A stretch of DNA of 59,431 bases. Source: a virus (Duplodnaviria; Caudoviricetes). The stretch spans positions 1-59,431 of the IMG/VR virus record IMGVR_UViG_3300014962_000006; one strand, written 5' to 3'. A program made the position numbers and the translations under genes. Positions 20,546 through 30,263 of the stretch are shown here, in pieces. A model generated the notes under the pieces. The model did no database searches and was not told where the DNA came from. It worked only from the letters and a program-made list of their open reading frames with translations. Every line of letters starts with the position of its first letter. Positions within the stretch are counted from its first letter, which is position 1.

Positions 20546-20794
20546 TTACCATTTTTTGCAGGACCAATATCCCGCCGTCATCTTATCAGTCTTCTCATCG
20601 CACTTATGGCGGGCCCGAAAAGATTTGCGGCGGGCCGGTTCGTCTTTTCGGATTTCCATGTTGGCATCCCCAAATCGGATGAGCTTCTCTTCACCGTCCT
20701 TACAGGCCTTTACCTTAAACTTCTTGCCCCCGCTCGTTTCCCGAGTCGGTTTATTACAAGGCATCCTGTCCTTTAAGTCTTTCACAGAAGCCAT
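20546..20794 (-). CDS. small basic phage protein (DUF6321-like)
   Basis: IRFGD...ARRKSFRARHKCD...TAGYWSCKKW. Confidence 0.7.
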   Translation of the reverse strand: MASVKDLKDRMPCNKPTRETSGGKKFKVKACKDGEEKLIRFGDANMEIRKDEPARRKSFRARHKCDEKTDKMTAGYWSCKKW

Positions 20795-21771
20795 TATCTA
20801 CCTCTCGTGACAGTAAACCAGGGACGGATTGGGACACCAAATGCCTGACTTCTTTTGGCGACCCGGATAGTAGTTTCCCGTCCTGCCCACGTCTTTTGGA
20901 CCTGCTTCTCAAACTTGTCGAGGATAGCTTCCTCTTCTTGGGAATTGAGGCCAAGTTGTCGGCTAATTTCCGCAACTGCGTACTGGATGAGGAAGTTACT
21001 TGTGGGGGCCCCAAGGTACGGGATACAAGTACCTTCTGCTACACAGATGTAGTCATCCTCCACTGCCCCGATATCAGTTAGCGATGTCGACACTGGTAAG
21101 CCGACTACAGTACTTCTCGTTAACGCAGTCCTAAATGTAACTCGGTCCCCGTCGATGGAAGCGATTTGGAATGTTCCCCTCACTTCCCCCGTTTCCCCGT
21201 TAATGATGTTGACATAATTATTGAGTTGATTTGATTCAGTGGTGAGGCCCGTTCCGAGTCCTTCCACTACTACATAATTATTTGTAGTATTTACTTTAGT
21301 TACCCTACCTTGGGGTAAGACTAATGGTTCCGGTTCCTTTACGTACCAAAGTCTGGCGTCATACGTCCCACTTGGACCCGGAATGAAGTGTATCTTCCTA
21401 CCGACTACGGTGTAATAATAGGGGATAGCGGTAGTACCATCTGTCTCATAGTTGACAGCATCCCTGTAAAGGATACGCGTCACTTCCCTATAGGTATTCC
21501 GACTTGTCTTGATTTCGATTCGGACAATCCTGTCCTCGAAAACGTCACCGGGAATGGAATATTCCTGGTCGGAGCCATTCAAATCTAGTACTACATATCT
21601 AAGAAATGGGTCCGGGTAGTGGCGGCTGTAAATGTCGACCGCATACTCGAGTCCCCGGTTGAGGGCGGGCAAGATGTCTCTTTCCGTGTCAACGGAGTCC
21701 CGATTCATTTCGTCAAGACGGGCTCGAACTGCTGTTACCAGCTCGTCGGTAGTATACAACATACGACTCAT
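20794..21771 (-). CDS. head-tail adaptor protein
   Basis: T.DELV..VRARLDE...ILPALN N-terminus, EYSIPGD, PYYY...IHFIPGP; position between fibres and nozzle. Confidence 0.7.
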   Translation of the reverse strand: MSRMLYTTDELVTAVRARLDEMNRDSVDTERDILPALNRGLEYAVDIYSRHYPDPFLRYVVLDLNGSDQEYSIPGDVFEDRIVRIEIKTSRNTYREVTRILYRDAVNYETDGTTAIPYYYTVVGRKIHFIPGPSGTYDARLWYVKEPEPLVLPQGRVTKVNTTNNYVVVEGLGTGLTTESNQLNNYVNIINGETGEVRGTFQIASIDGDRVTFRTALTRSTVVGLPVSTSLTDIGAVEDDYICVAEGTCIPYLGAPTSNFLIQYAVAEISRQLGLNSQEEEAILDKFEKQVQKTWAGRETTIRVAKRSQAFGVPIRPWFTVTRGR

Positions 21772-21819
21772 AGTTCACCCCGTTTAATAGTAGCACAGAC
21801 AGAAGGACCGCAGGTCCGA

Positions 21820-22092
21820 TTACACGTACGCGTCTTCAGCTGACTCTTCGCCGGTTTCCTTCTCGAGTTGGGACATGAGGCCCCTCTTCTTGACTTCGGC
21901 TAGGAGGTCATCATCGCTGACTTTTTCCAACTCACCGGGATGCTCCGATGCTTCCTCTTCAGGAGACTCGGCACCTTCCTCTTCGGGCGACTCGGAAGCT
22001 TCATACTCGGGGCTTTCTTCAGCGGAGTCCATCTCACCGAGGTCGAATTCCTTTGGTTTGGGCATCGAGAGTTTCTTTAATTTCATCGCCAT
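21820..22092 (-). CDS. acidic hypothetical protein
   Basis: ESPEEE repeats; SDDDLLAEVKKRGL. Confidence 0.6.
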   Translation of the reverse strand: MAMKLKKLSMPKPKEFDLGEMDSAEESPEYEASESPEEEGAESPEEEASEHPGELEKVSDDDLLAEVKKRGLMSQLEKETGEESAEDAYV

Positions 22093-22093
22093 C

Positions 22094-22309
22094 TTACTTT
22101 CCCTTAAAATAGAGGCTGACAAGGAATCCCCCAGCAGCCATGATGATTGTAACCATTAGTTTCGCGTGACCCTTTAGCCATTCAATTGAGGCCTCGGCGG
22201 CGGCCAACCTACCTAAGTGGTCGTCGAGTTTAGTCTCCACACGGGATAACCTCTCGTCAACACTGTCAAATCTATCGTCTAGATGTTGTCTTAAGTCGGA
22301 GTCGGACAC
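22094..22309 (-). CDS. coiled-coil plus C-terminal TM protein (XhlA/holin-like)
   Basis: Coil followed by one hydrophobic helix and basic tail; SD GAGG. Confidence 0.55.
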   Translation of the reverse strand: MSDSDLRQHLDDRFDSVDERLSRVETKLDDHLGRLAAAEASIEWLKGHAKLMVTIIMAAGGFLVSLYFKGK

Positions 22310-22342
22310 AGCACGAGGACCTCTTGGATAAGGGGTAATAGC

Positions 22343-22371
22343 AGCATAGCAGGGTAGTTACAGTTTGTCAA
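22343..22371 (-). promoter_or_regulatory. sigma70 promoter
   Basis: TTGACA-N17-TATGCT with extended TG. Confidence 0.7.
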
Positions 22372-22374
22372 TAG

Positions 22375-23295
22375 TTACTCAGCCTCAGGAGCAACGCCGT
22401 CTAAAACGACCTTGGCAGCCATCAGCCAATGGACCAAGTGGTAATTTTCATGGCCCCGGACGTAGGTGGGGGACTGGTAGTTGCCCGTGAGGAGCAAGGA
22501 AGCCAGTAAGTAATTTCCTGCCACGCCTTGAGCGAGGGCATCTAAAGGAGCCGACTGAGCTAGAATTTTCTCAGCAATCTCCATACCATACTGGGGTCCC
22601 CCTATCTTTTTTTCCAAGTAGCGGGAGAGTAAAATTAGGTGCTGCTCATAGTCGGATTGCACAGGGCCGTAAACTACAGGTGCTAGGCGGATAACGTAAT
22701 CCCTCTGTCCGTTGCTCAATTCGTATAATATCCGCGCGATAAGCGTGATACCGTTGGGTCGTAATAATACCCTACTGATATAATATTCCGGATAGCCCAT
22801 TATCCATTTATGCTGCTCCCCGTATTGGTAGAGCCTCAGAACACTATTTGAATCCCTTGCTGCATAGAGACCTAGGATGATACCCGTTATCATATCATTA
22901 CTGGTCGTGGTAGCGGAACCATCATTATAGCCTAAGTTGCCCGGACCACAGTCAAAGAGGGGTCTCCGGGTCGGGCGGCCGTCGGGGCGGAGCGAGGCAG
23001 TCATATCCACCCAAGTAGCTCCGGCTGCCCTCGCGACGCCAGCCCAAAGAGCTCCATCACAGTCGTGGTCAGAGGGCCACCCTCCAATATTGTTCTTCGT
23101 TTTCTCTTCCAACTCAGCCAACTTATAACCATACTCTAGTCGGAGTGCCGCGATAGTATCAATGGGGACCTCTTTTTCTGCCCCGCAAGCGATTGAACTC
23201 ATTAATAGTAGTAACATTGCAAATGCCCGAGCGTTAGCTCGGAATGACAATACCATAAATAAAAAGAAATATCGTAAAGTCATGCAAGACTCCAA
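22375..23295 (-). CDS. hypothetical exported/lipoprotein-like protein
   Basis: Hydrophobic N-terminus ending SSIAC; start uncertain. Confidence 0.55.
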   Translation of the reverse strand: MESCMTLRYFFLFMVLSFRANARAFAMLLLLMSSIACGAEKEVPIDTIAALRLEYGYKLAELEEKTKNNIGGWPSDHDCDGALWAGVARAAGATWVDMTASLRPDGRPTRRPLFDCGPGNLGYNDGSATTTSNDMITGIILGLYAARDSNSVLRLYQYGEQHKWIMGYPEYYISRVLLRPNGITLIARILYELSNGQRDYVIRLAPVVYGPVQSDYEQHLILLSRYLEKKIGGPQYGMEIAEKILAQSAPLDALAQGVAGNYLLASLLLTGNYQSPTYVRGHENYHLVHWLMAAKVVLDGVAPEAE

Positions 23296-23296
23296 A

Positions 23297-23333
23297 CAGA
23301 GAAAGACCCCGCAGCTAGTGTGCCACGGGGTCT
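23297..23333 (-). terminator. intrinsic terminator
   Basis: AGACCCCG...CGGGGTCT stem then TTCTCTGTTT, after the fibre gene. Confidence 0.7.
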
Positions 23334-23358
23334 GAAGATTGTCTACCTATTTAGTTGA

Positions 23359-26300
23359 TTATGCAATACGCGTCCACTTATAGTAAGCCCTATACCTAGG
23401 AGTAGCTACTGAATAATCTGCTTGGATGTTGACATAATACGTCGTAGCAACACTGATGTTTACGTCCCTAGATACATATACTTGCGAACCTTCTGATGTA
23501 CCACTTGTGGAGTAATAGCGGGGGAAGGTAAGACCAGACGCGGTTGCAGTAGTTGTGTTGATGTTGAGAGCAAATCCGGTAACCATTGCTCCGTTCAAGT
23601 TCAAGAAACCAGCTGCTTCAAGATTGTATCGTCCAGGTTGTAAAGTTACTGCAAAGACTTGTTTCCATGCGCCGGTACCTGCAAAGTTAGTAAGAGTTGA
23701 TTCGATGCCATCAGCAAATTCACCTACATACCCACTCGCAATTGCATTCCCGGTGGTGTTTCCGGGGAGCCCGGAGGCGGACACCAGTCCCGCCGACACG
23801 CCGGGCGATACGATACCAAAACCGACTGCTGCTCCGGCACTCATTTTTCTTAAGCGCCAACGCCAAGTTGAAATTCCGCTCCAAGCAGACCCGTTAGATG
23901 CATACGTTGCACCGGTTGCCCGAAATCCACCATTCCCAAAGTAAACAGTACATGTTGTAGAATCAGTTACTTCGGACTGGACGCCGTAGGAAATACTAGA
24001 TTGCATTGTGTACGCACCTAGTCGTTTATCGATATCTACCCACTGGCCGGTACCTTGGTCTACTTGAATGATAAATAAATCAGTAGGTTGTATAACTGAT
24101 TGAAATTTAACAACCCGGCTATAAGTAGTTCCAACTGCGCCGTTAGGAATTAAAGAACCTGCTGGACCATATGCAAAACTGGTAGTGTCTGAAACAGTGC
24201 TGTCGCTTTTGCTATTTGAAGCATATTCCACATCATTCTGAGCTAGTTGTACCGTGCCAGAACCGGACCACTCCGCGATTGGTAAGCTAAACAAGCATTC
24301 AAAAGAGTCAGAAGTGCCCATTGTTATGGGGCTAGTAGCTCCGACAACAGAAGTAGCTCCGGACTGGGTAAAGTTGACCGTCGTCGCGGTATCATAAGTA
24401 ACGTAGCCTAAATAGTTGTTTGCTCCGTTATCTTTGATATTCCAAATACCAAATGTTTCCCTTGTGGCTCCCGTTGTAGCAATTTTAGTGCCATCAATAT
24501 TGAGGCTAAGGGGCATAGTCAATGTGAGTGTTCCCGTTACAGATGTAGAACTTCCTGCACTAATGTATGCTTTTACTTCGATATTGGCACCAACTCTGCG
24601 GTAGAAAGCGGACGTTGTCCCGTTACCTAACGTAAAGTTACCAAAGGTTGGTGTGAAGCTTGCCCATTCACCAACAACAGCACCTTGGGGTTGGATGCCG
24701 GGTCCCACAATCACGTTGGTGATGTAGAGGGTGTTTGCTGAGGTACGTGTCCTCTGGACGAGGTTGAGACTGTAGCTCGAAGAGCTACTGCTGTCAAAGT
24801 AAGCAGTGAACTTGCCGCCGGTTACACCCGATGGGAGGACGGTGTCGCCAGCACTATCGGTAGACAAAGCCAGTTTTGTGGAGCCCTGATACAAGGCAAC
24901 CGCCCAAGTACCGGCACTGGAGGCGGGAGTCGTAAAGAAGAACTCCACCTTTAACTTCCGATTTTGTAAACCGGATGGTAAAGTGATAGCATCATAGACG
25001 CCGCTCGTACTAGTCTGGGAGCCGAGAGCGATAGCGGCGCTCGAGGCGATAGCGAAGCTGGTGGAGACAATCCCGTTCAAGGGGCTATTTGCAGTATCTT
25101 TGGTGACCGTGTGGCTGGTGCCAGCTGCCCATCCAGTCGTGTCAGTAGCAGCGCTGGGGTTGAGGACAGCATTAATTTCCCCGCTACCGCCCGCTCCGGA
25201 GCCAACGGCAACTTCGTTACCGGCACTGTCCAACTTGTAGAGGAGACCATCCGATTTGGTGTATATCTTATTGAAGCCAGCAGAGGGGTTACTGGGTGTC
25301 GCAATCTGCTGCACTATGAGGGAGCTATTTACTTGGGGAGCCGACAAAGTCGGGCTCGTGCCGAATACCAAACTACCCGAACCAGTCTCATCGGTAACAG
25401 CGGAAGCAAGGTTGGCGCTAGATGGGGTGCCGAGGAAAGTCGCTACTCCCGCACCAAGGGAAGTAATACCGGTACCGCCATTGGCCACTGGTAATGTACC
25501 AGTAACGTCCGTTGTTAGTGCTACTTGAGAAAGGGTGGTATTGGTACCATCGGAACGGAGAACTCGGTTAGCAGTTTGTGTTCCAGCAAGGGCATTCATT
25601 GCGGCTTGTTGTGTCGTTTGACCTGTACCACCGTTTGCGATTGGCAAAGTACCACTGACATCCGTTCCCAAAGCAACTTGAGACAGGGACATGTTTGTTC
25701 CGTTGGAGCGGAGAACCCTGTTTGCTGTCTGGGTGCCGACAAGGGCGTTAATCGCAGCTTGCTGAGTTGTTTGTCCCGTACCACCGTTGGCTATTGCTAC
25801 CGTACCCGTGACGTTGGCCGAAGTGCCCGACACGTTACCAGTCACGTTGCCTGTAAGGGGACCCGAAAAGGAAGTTGCTGTAATGGTGCCAGCCGAGAAG
25901 TTGCCAGAAGCATCCCGGGCGACGATGGCGCTTGCGGTATTTAAATCGGTCGCAGTTGTTGCGGAGTTTGATACTTTACCTGCGGTGGAAATCGTTCCCA
26001 ACTTAGTATCGGAAATGGCCGCACTGGCGCTGATATCCCCGTCTACAATAACGCCGGAGGAGATTGCTGTAACCCCGGTATTCGAAATCGTAATGTCACC
26101 ACTTACTGCTGTCGATGTCGGGACGTTAAGAGAACTTCCGACCAGTATATTCCCCGATGTCAAAGATGCCAACTTTGAAAAGGAAATTCCGGCACTAGCA
26201 TTGATGTCCGTGTTGACGATAACACCAGTAGCAATTGCTGTAACGCCGGTGTTGGAGATAGTCACGTCACCACTTACCGCTGTTGATGTCGCGACGTTAG

Positions 26301-26616
26301 TCGCACTTCCGACAAGGATATTACCAGAAGTAAGGGAAGCCAATTTACTATACGCAATACCGGCTGTTGCTGATATGTTTGGGTCAGCAATGTTACTAAT
26401 AGTATTCCCGTTACCAGCAGCAACGTTTATCGTCTTATTTGTAAGGGTATCAGCTGAGTTTCTTGATACGAGGACCGCACTACTGCTTTGTTGAGGCAGC
26501 TCTACATCCACTGCCGCGCCGTATATCGTAGTCTGGTTGGGCTTGAGAGCTATTTCAAACCCATCCTTGCGGAACACCGCCGCTACTAATTCCTTGATTG
26601 AACCAAACAACTTCAT
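23359..26616 (-). CDS. long fibre protein (tail fibre-like)
   Basis: Repeats SGD(V/I)TISNTGVTAI, GTLP(I/V)ANGGTG, ARDASGNFSAGTITA; C-terminal beta domains; start refined to MKLFGSIK. Confidence 0.8.
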   Translation of the reverse strand: MKLFGSIKELVAAVFRKDGFEIALKPNQTTIYGAAVDVELPQQSSSAVLVSRNSADTLTNKTINVAAGNGNTISNIADPNISATAGIAYSKLASLTSGNILVGSATNVATSTAVSGDVTISNTGVTAIATGVIVNTDINASAGISFSKLASLTSGNILVGSSLNVPTSTAVSGDITISNTGVTAISSGVIVDGDISASAAISDTKLGTISTAGKVSNSATTATDLNTASAIVARDASGNFSAGTITATSFSGPLTGNVTGNVSGTSANVTGTVAIANGGTGQTTQQAAINALVGTQTANRVLRSNGTNMSLSQVALGTDVSGTLPIANGGTGQTTQQAAMNALAGTQTANRVLRSDGTNTTLSQVALTTDVTGTLPVANGGTGITSLGAGVATFLGTPSSANLASAVTDETGSGSLVFGTSPTLSAPQVNSSLIVQQIATPSNPSAGFNKIYTKSDGLLYKLDSAGNEVAVGSGAGGSGEINAVLNPSAATDTTGWAAGTSHTVTKDTANSPLNGIVSTSFAIASSAAIALGSQTSTSGVYDAITLPSGLQNRKLKVEFFFTTPASSAGTWAVALYQGSTKLALSTDSAGDTVLPSGVTGGKFTAYFDSSSSSSYSLNLVQRTRTSANTLYITNVIVGPGIQPQGAVVGEWASFTPTFGNFTLGNGTTSAFYRRVGANIEVKAYISAGSSTSVTGTLTLTMPLSLNIDGTKIATTGATRETFGIWNIKDNGANNYLGYVTYDTATTVNFTQSGATSVVGATSPITMGTSDSFECLFSLPIAEWSGSGTVQLAQNDVEYASNSKSDSTVSDTTSFAYGPAGSLIPNGAVGTTYSRVVKFQSVIQPTDLFIIQVDQGTGQWVDIDKRLGAYTMQSSISYGVQSEVTDSTTCTVYFGNGGFRATGATYASNGSAWSGISTWRWRLRKMSAGAAVGFGIVSPGVSAGLVSASGLPGNTTGNAIASGYVGEFADGIESTLTNFAGTGAWKQVFAVTLQPGRYNLEAAGFLNLNGAMVTGFALNINTTTATASGLTFPRYYSTSGTSEGSQVYVSRDVNISVATTYYVNIQADYSVATPRYRAYYKWTRIA

Positions 26617-26687
26617 GATTTTGCTACCTTTCTTTGGGGTTGCAGCCCCGGTTATACTAACCACTCGCCATGAGTGGCTCGTCAGAC

Positions 26688-26715
26688 GTATCGGATGATA
26701 CGCCTTTTTACTTTA
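26688..26715 (-). promoter_or_regulatory. possible sigma28 promoter upstream of the fibre gene
   Basis: cTAAAG, TAAA-N16-TCCGATAC; overlaps a small hairpin. Confidence 0.45.
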
Positions 26716-26718
26716 GCG

Positions 26719-28110
26719 TTATCTTACCCAATACATTACTCGCCATGACCCGGCTACTATACCATCCGGTAAAGTAAGGGTAAAGGAGTTATTTCCAGCT
26801 CCCCAAGTAACGTTGTCCACAAAAATTCTTTCCCCACTTACGTTATCGAAGATAACAAAATCAATATCTTTTGTTGCGGCATCGTGAGTTAGTGTGATGG
26901 AGTTGGTGCCCATCCAAGTGGATTTACTGAGGGATAATTTACTAACCGCGTATGTTTTGAGTACTCCGAGTGATGGTGCCTTTGTTTGGTCGGCGTCATC
27001 GATATTGATACTAACTGCCGCACTCTTGGCTCGGGAAGCCGTAAAGTATTGGTTACTGCCCTCACTAACGTCAGTAGTGGAGAGGGATACAGTACCACTT
27101 TGACCATTAACAGAAGTAACCGCTCCCCCCGCAGTAATTTCTTTCCAGCTTGATAGTGACGTGGGGTCACTGTCAGCAAGGATGTAAGTTTTGCTATTAT
27201 CTGTTCGAATTGCAACGTCGCCTTCTTGCGCCGATAGTGCCAACATCGCGGACTGACTACTTACCACGTTTGTGGAGGTGATGGCTAGGGAGGGGAGTTG
27301 GCTGGTCGGCAGCTTGCCGCTGGCGTCGAGGGATGCCAAGCCAGAAGGTTGGGCTTTCACTGCGGCGATACCCGCACTGACCCTGGCATCGGCGTCAGCA
27401 TCGGTATAAGCTTCGGGTATGGAAAGGGAAACGGCTCCCGTTTGGCCGTTTACTGACGTGACCGGCGCGCTGTAGGAGATATTCCCAGTTTGCCCATTAA
27501 AGCTCGTCACCCCGGCAGGGGGCACTTCAACAGTGCTCCAAGTCAGGGTACCATTTACAAGTGATAAGTATTTACCGTTATTATTGCTGTAGCTGGGCAG
27601 TAAACTTCCCGAGAGGGAACCGGTCAAGGCGGAAACGTTGACTTTGCCCGGTGTCGTAATCGTGGCTAATTTGCTATCTGTAATACCCGCATCACTGGCT
27701 ATGTCACTATTCTTAATCGAGCCAAGTAAGTTAAGGGAAGAATATCCGATATTACTTAGTAAGTTAGCACTACCCGAGATGCTCTTATTGGTAAGGGTAT
27801 TCAAAGAATCTTCGGTAAGGAGGGAGCCAGCTCCCCCCGATACATCAAAACTGGTAGCGAAAAATTTGACCGCGACGGGCTGGGCAGATGACCCGATATG
27901 TACTTCCCCGCCTGAGCCGGAGCCACCCACTTCACTGGCCTCCGGTTTCAGGACAAGGTTACCCCTTGACCTAACTTCTAAGTGGTCATTCTCATCAACT
28001 GCAAACGAAAATCCTAAATCATCTAGCCGCTGTAAATTTTGACTAGCGGGAAGGGAAAGGTCCGCTCTTACCCTTAATCTCAAATATCTAGTAAGTGTCG
28101 ATAGAGACAT
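26719..28110 (-). CDS. fibre protein paralogue
   Basis: TLTRYL N-terminal domain shared with next gene; VTSVNGQTG repeats; ASLDASGKLPTSQLP. Confidence 0.75.
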   Translation of the reverse strand: MSLSTLTRYLRLRVRADLSLPASQNLQRLDDLGFSFAVDENDHLEVRSRGNLVLKPEASEVGGSGSGGEVHIGSSAQPVAVKFFATSFDVSGGAGSLLTEDSLNTLTNKSISGSANLLSNIGYSSLNLLGSIKNSDIASDAGITDSKLATITTPGKVNVSALTGSLSGSLLPSYSNNNGKYLSLVNGTLTWSTVEVPPAGVTSFNGQTGNISYSAPVTSVNGQTGAVSLSIPEAYTDADADARVSAGIAAVKAQPSGLASLDASGKLPTSQLPSLAITSTNVVSSQSAMLALSAQEGDVAIRTDNSKTYILADSDPTSLSSWKEITAGGAVTSVNGQSGTVSLSTTDVSEGSNQYFTASRAKSAAVSINIDDADQTKAPSLGVLKTYAVSKLSLSKSTWMGTNSITLTHDAATKDIDFVIFDNVSGERIFVDNVTWGAGNNSFTLTLPDGIVAGSWRVMYWVR

Positions 28111-28149
28111 GATAATTCCTTACACAAAAGTTTGGGGATGACTGGAGAA

Positions 28150-28178
28150 AGTATAGCATGGATTTACCTTCCCGTCAA
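28150..28178 (-). promoter_or_regulatory. sigma70 promoter
   Basis: TTGACG-N17-TATACT. Confidence 0.7.
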
Positions 28179-28195
28179 ACCGGGCCTACTCGTAG

Positions 28196-30037
28196 CTATG
28201 GTCTGATAACTACAGTCCAATTTCCGGTGGGGGCAGTTGATGAAGTCAACGTCACTGCGTTATTGCTGGTCCTATCTACAGTATCTACTAAGATATCCTC
28301 ACCATTCTCATCGTAAATAGTAACGGATACTGTGGTCTTATTGAGGGAATGGGTAATACTTTTTGTTGCCCCGTCAACAGTTGCCCACGTGTAGGCAGTA
28401 GCCCCGCCACCTTGGGAGGTCACGTAAGCTTTCATCGAAGAGACAGAAGGAGCTTTGTTTGTTTCGGAACCAGAAGTTGAGTCAACAACAGCAGCGGTTT
28501 GGGCACGCCCGTCAGTGAAATAGAGGTTGGTACCCTCAGTAACAGCTGAGGTGTTGAGGGTTTGCCATGTCTTGTCACCCCGCCAATATTGCCCCGATGT
28601 ACCTGCGGCTATCGCTGGTTCCTTACTATTAAAGGTAGACCAGTCTGTTGAGGAGAGGTAGCCATTAACAATACTGGTAGCGGCTGGTATATTGACTGTG
28701 GGATTGATTGCTGGGTCCCCAGTAATGGTCAAAGGGGAACTGGCCGATACACTTGTTACACCTGCTCCTGCTCCCGTAACCCACTCAATTCCGGTCTCGG
28801 TGAGATTGACACGAAGTACAGCTAAGCTCTTTCCACTGTAGGAAGGGAGGATAGCAGCTTGTGCCGTTTCTTTAGTAGTGGCTCCCGTACCACCACTAGT
28901 AATGGGGAGAGTGCCGCTCAATTGACTCACTGGTAAGGAGAGATTTGGCAAGGATGTTAGGGTGGAATTGGTAACACCGGTGATATTGGCAGCGTTACCG
29001 GGAATATTTCCGCTAACTTGACTACCGGGTAAGGAGAGGGAGGACAACGTCGTCAAGGTACTATTACTCGTGTCAGTAATATTACTAGCCGTCCCACTCA
29101 CATTACCAGTAACATTTCCCGTGAGGCTGGCAGTAATGGTACCGGCTGAAAAATTACCGGAAGCGTCCCGTTTAACAATTGTGGAGGGACTATTACTACT
29201 TGTAGCGGCTAAAGTGGCATCAACTGAAGTGGAGACTTGAGCCGATGTCTTCCCACCTACAGAAGCGACAACTGTAGCACTTTGGGTTCCGGTCACATTT
29301 CCAGCAAGAGTTCCGGTAAAAGAAGCTGCTGAACCGGAGACATTTCCTGTAACATTTCCCGTTAATGCACCAATAAAAGAAGTAGCTGTGATGGTGCCTG
29401 CAGTAAAGTTGCCTGAAGCATCCCGGGCGACGATGGTGCTTGCTATATTGGAGCTGGTCGCTGTAGTAGCGGAATTGGCTACTTTTCCGGACGTGGAAAT
29501 AGTAGCCAGCTTTGTGTCGGCAATAGTTGCGCCACTAGCAATATTATCATCTCTGATATTGGTGAGGGTATTAGCAGTCGCATCAATACCCTTGTTTGTT
29601 AAAGTTTGAGCGCCGTCTTCAGTAACAACTTCCCCGCTATGTGAGAATACTATGGACCGATTATCACCGCCAGTACTAATGGTAAGGGTGTAATCATTAC
29701 TTTGTCCCTGAATAGAGGCCAAGTTAAGGTAATTATTGGTACTGCTCGGAAGGGAAAGGGGTGATTTTATTTTAAAGGAATTTGAATAAGCTAAGATATC
29801 TGCTGAGTTGGAATTATTTCCTAAATAGATGGTACCCGAATTGGCTACCCCACCCACGTCAGGGGATTCGGGCTCGATGAAGATGTTCCCGATAGACCTA
29901 ATCAGGAGGTCCGCTGTATTGTCAACAGCAAATGTAGCTCCAAGTGTGTCAATTCGTTGGAGGTTATATCTGGCATCAGCTGATAAATCAGCAGCGATTT
30001 TCAGTTTCAAGTATCGGGTAAGGGTGTAATCTGCCAT
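28196..30037 (-). CDS. fibre protein paralogue
   Basis: TLTRYL domain, RDASGNF(T/S)AGTITA repeats, GYLSSTDWSTFNSK, YWRGDKTWQTLNT; start refined to MADYTL (SD GGAGG). Confidence 0.75.
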   Translation of the reverse strand: MADYTLTRYLKLKIAADLSADARYNLQRIDTLGATFAVDNTADLLIRSIGNIFIEPESPDVGGVANSGTIYLGNNSNSADILAYSNSFKIKSPLSLPSSTNNYLNLASIQGQSNDYTLTISTGGDNRSIVFSHSGEVVTEDGAQTLTNKGIDATANTLTNIRDDNIASGATIADTKLATISTSGKVANSATTATSSNIASTIVARDASGNFTAGTITATSFIGALTGNVTGNVSGSAASFTGTLAGNVTGTQSATVVASVGGKTSAQVSTSVDATLAATSSNSPSTIVKRDASGNFSAGTITASLTGNVTGNVSGTASNITDTSNSTLTTLSSLSLPGSQVSGNIPGNAANITGVTNSTLTSLPNLSLPVSQLSGTLPITSGGTGATTKETAQAAILPSYSGKSLAVLRVNLTETGIEWVTGAGAGVTSVSASSPLTITGDPAINPTVNIPAATSIVNGYLSSTDWSTFNSKEPAIAAGTSGQYWRGDKTWQTLNTSAVTEGTNLYFTDGRAQTAAVVDSTSGSETNKAPSVSSMKAYVTSQGGGATAYTWATVDGATKSITHSLNKTTVSVTIYDENGEDILVDTVDRTSNNAVTLTSSTAPTGNWTVVIRP

Positions 30038-30057
30038 GCAAGCCTCCGGTCTAGTTG

Positions 30058-30086
30058 ACTTTAGCACACCACTTGAGATGTGTCAA
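30058..30086 (-). promoter_or_regulatory. sigma70 promoter
   Basis: TTGACA-N17-TAAAGT with extended TG. Confidence 0.7.
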
Positions 30087-30087
30087 G

Positions 30088-30124
30088 TAAGGGAAACGGG
30101 AAGGAGCCAAGCGACCCCTTCCCG
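30088..30124 (-). terminator. intrinsic terminator-like hairpin
   Basis: CGGGAAGG...CCTTCCCG stem then TTTCCCTT. Confidence 0.55.
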
Positions 30125-30263
30125 CGAACACCCCAGTATCAAACATGACCGGGGGTGGATGGACCGGGTAGCCCCCCGGCAGCTCACCACTATCACATCG
30201 GCGCGAAGCCTCTCGCAGGTGACGCGAGCAATAATCGGCCCAAGGGCCTTCTGTCTTAGTATC

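Noticed and set aside
23359-30037. Diversity-generating retroelement or invertase system acting on fibres
   Set aside because: No reverse transcriptase or recombinase recognised; shared segments are not adenine-specific TR/VR pairs
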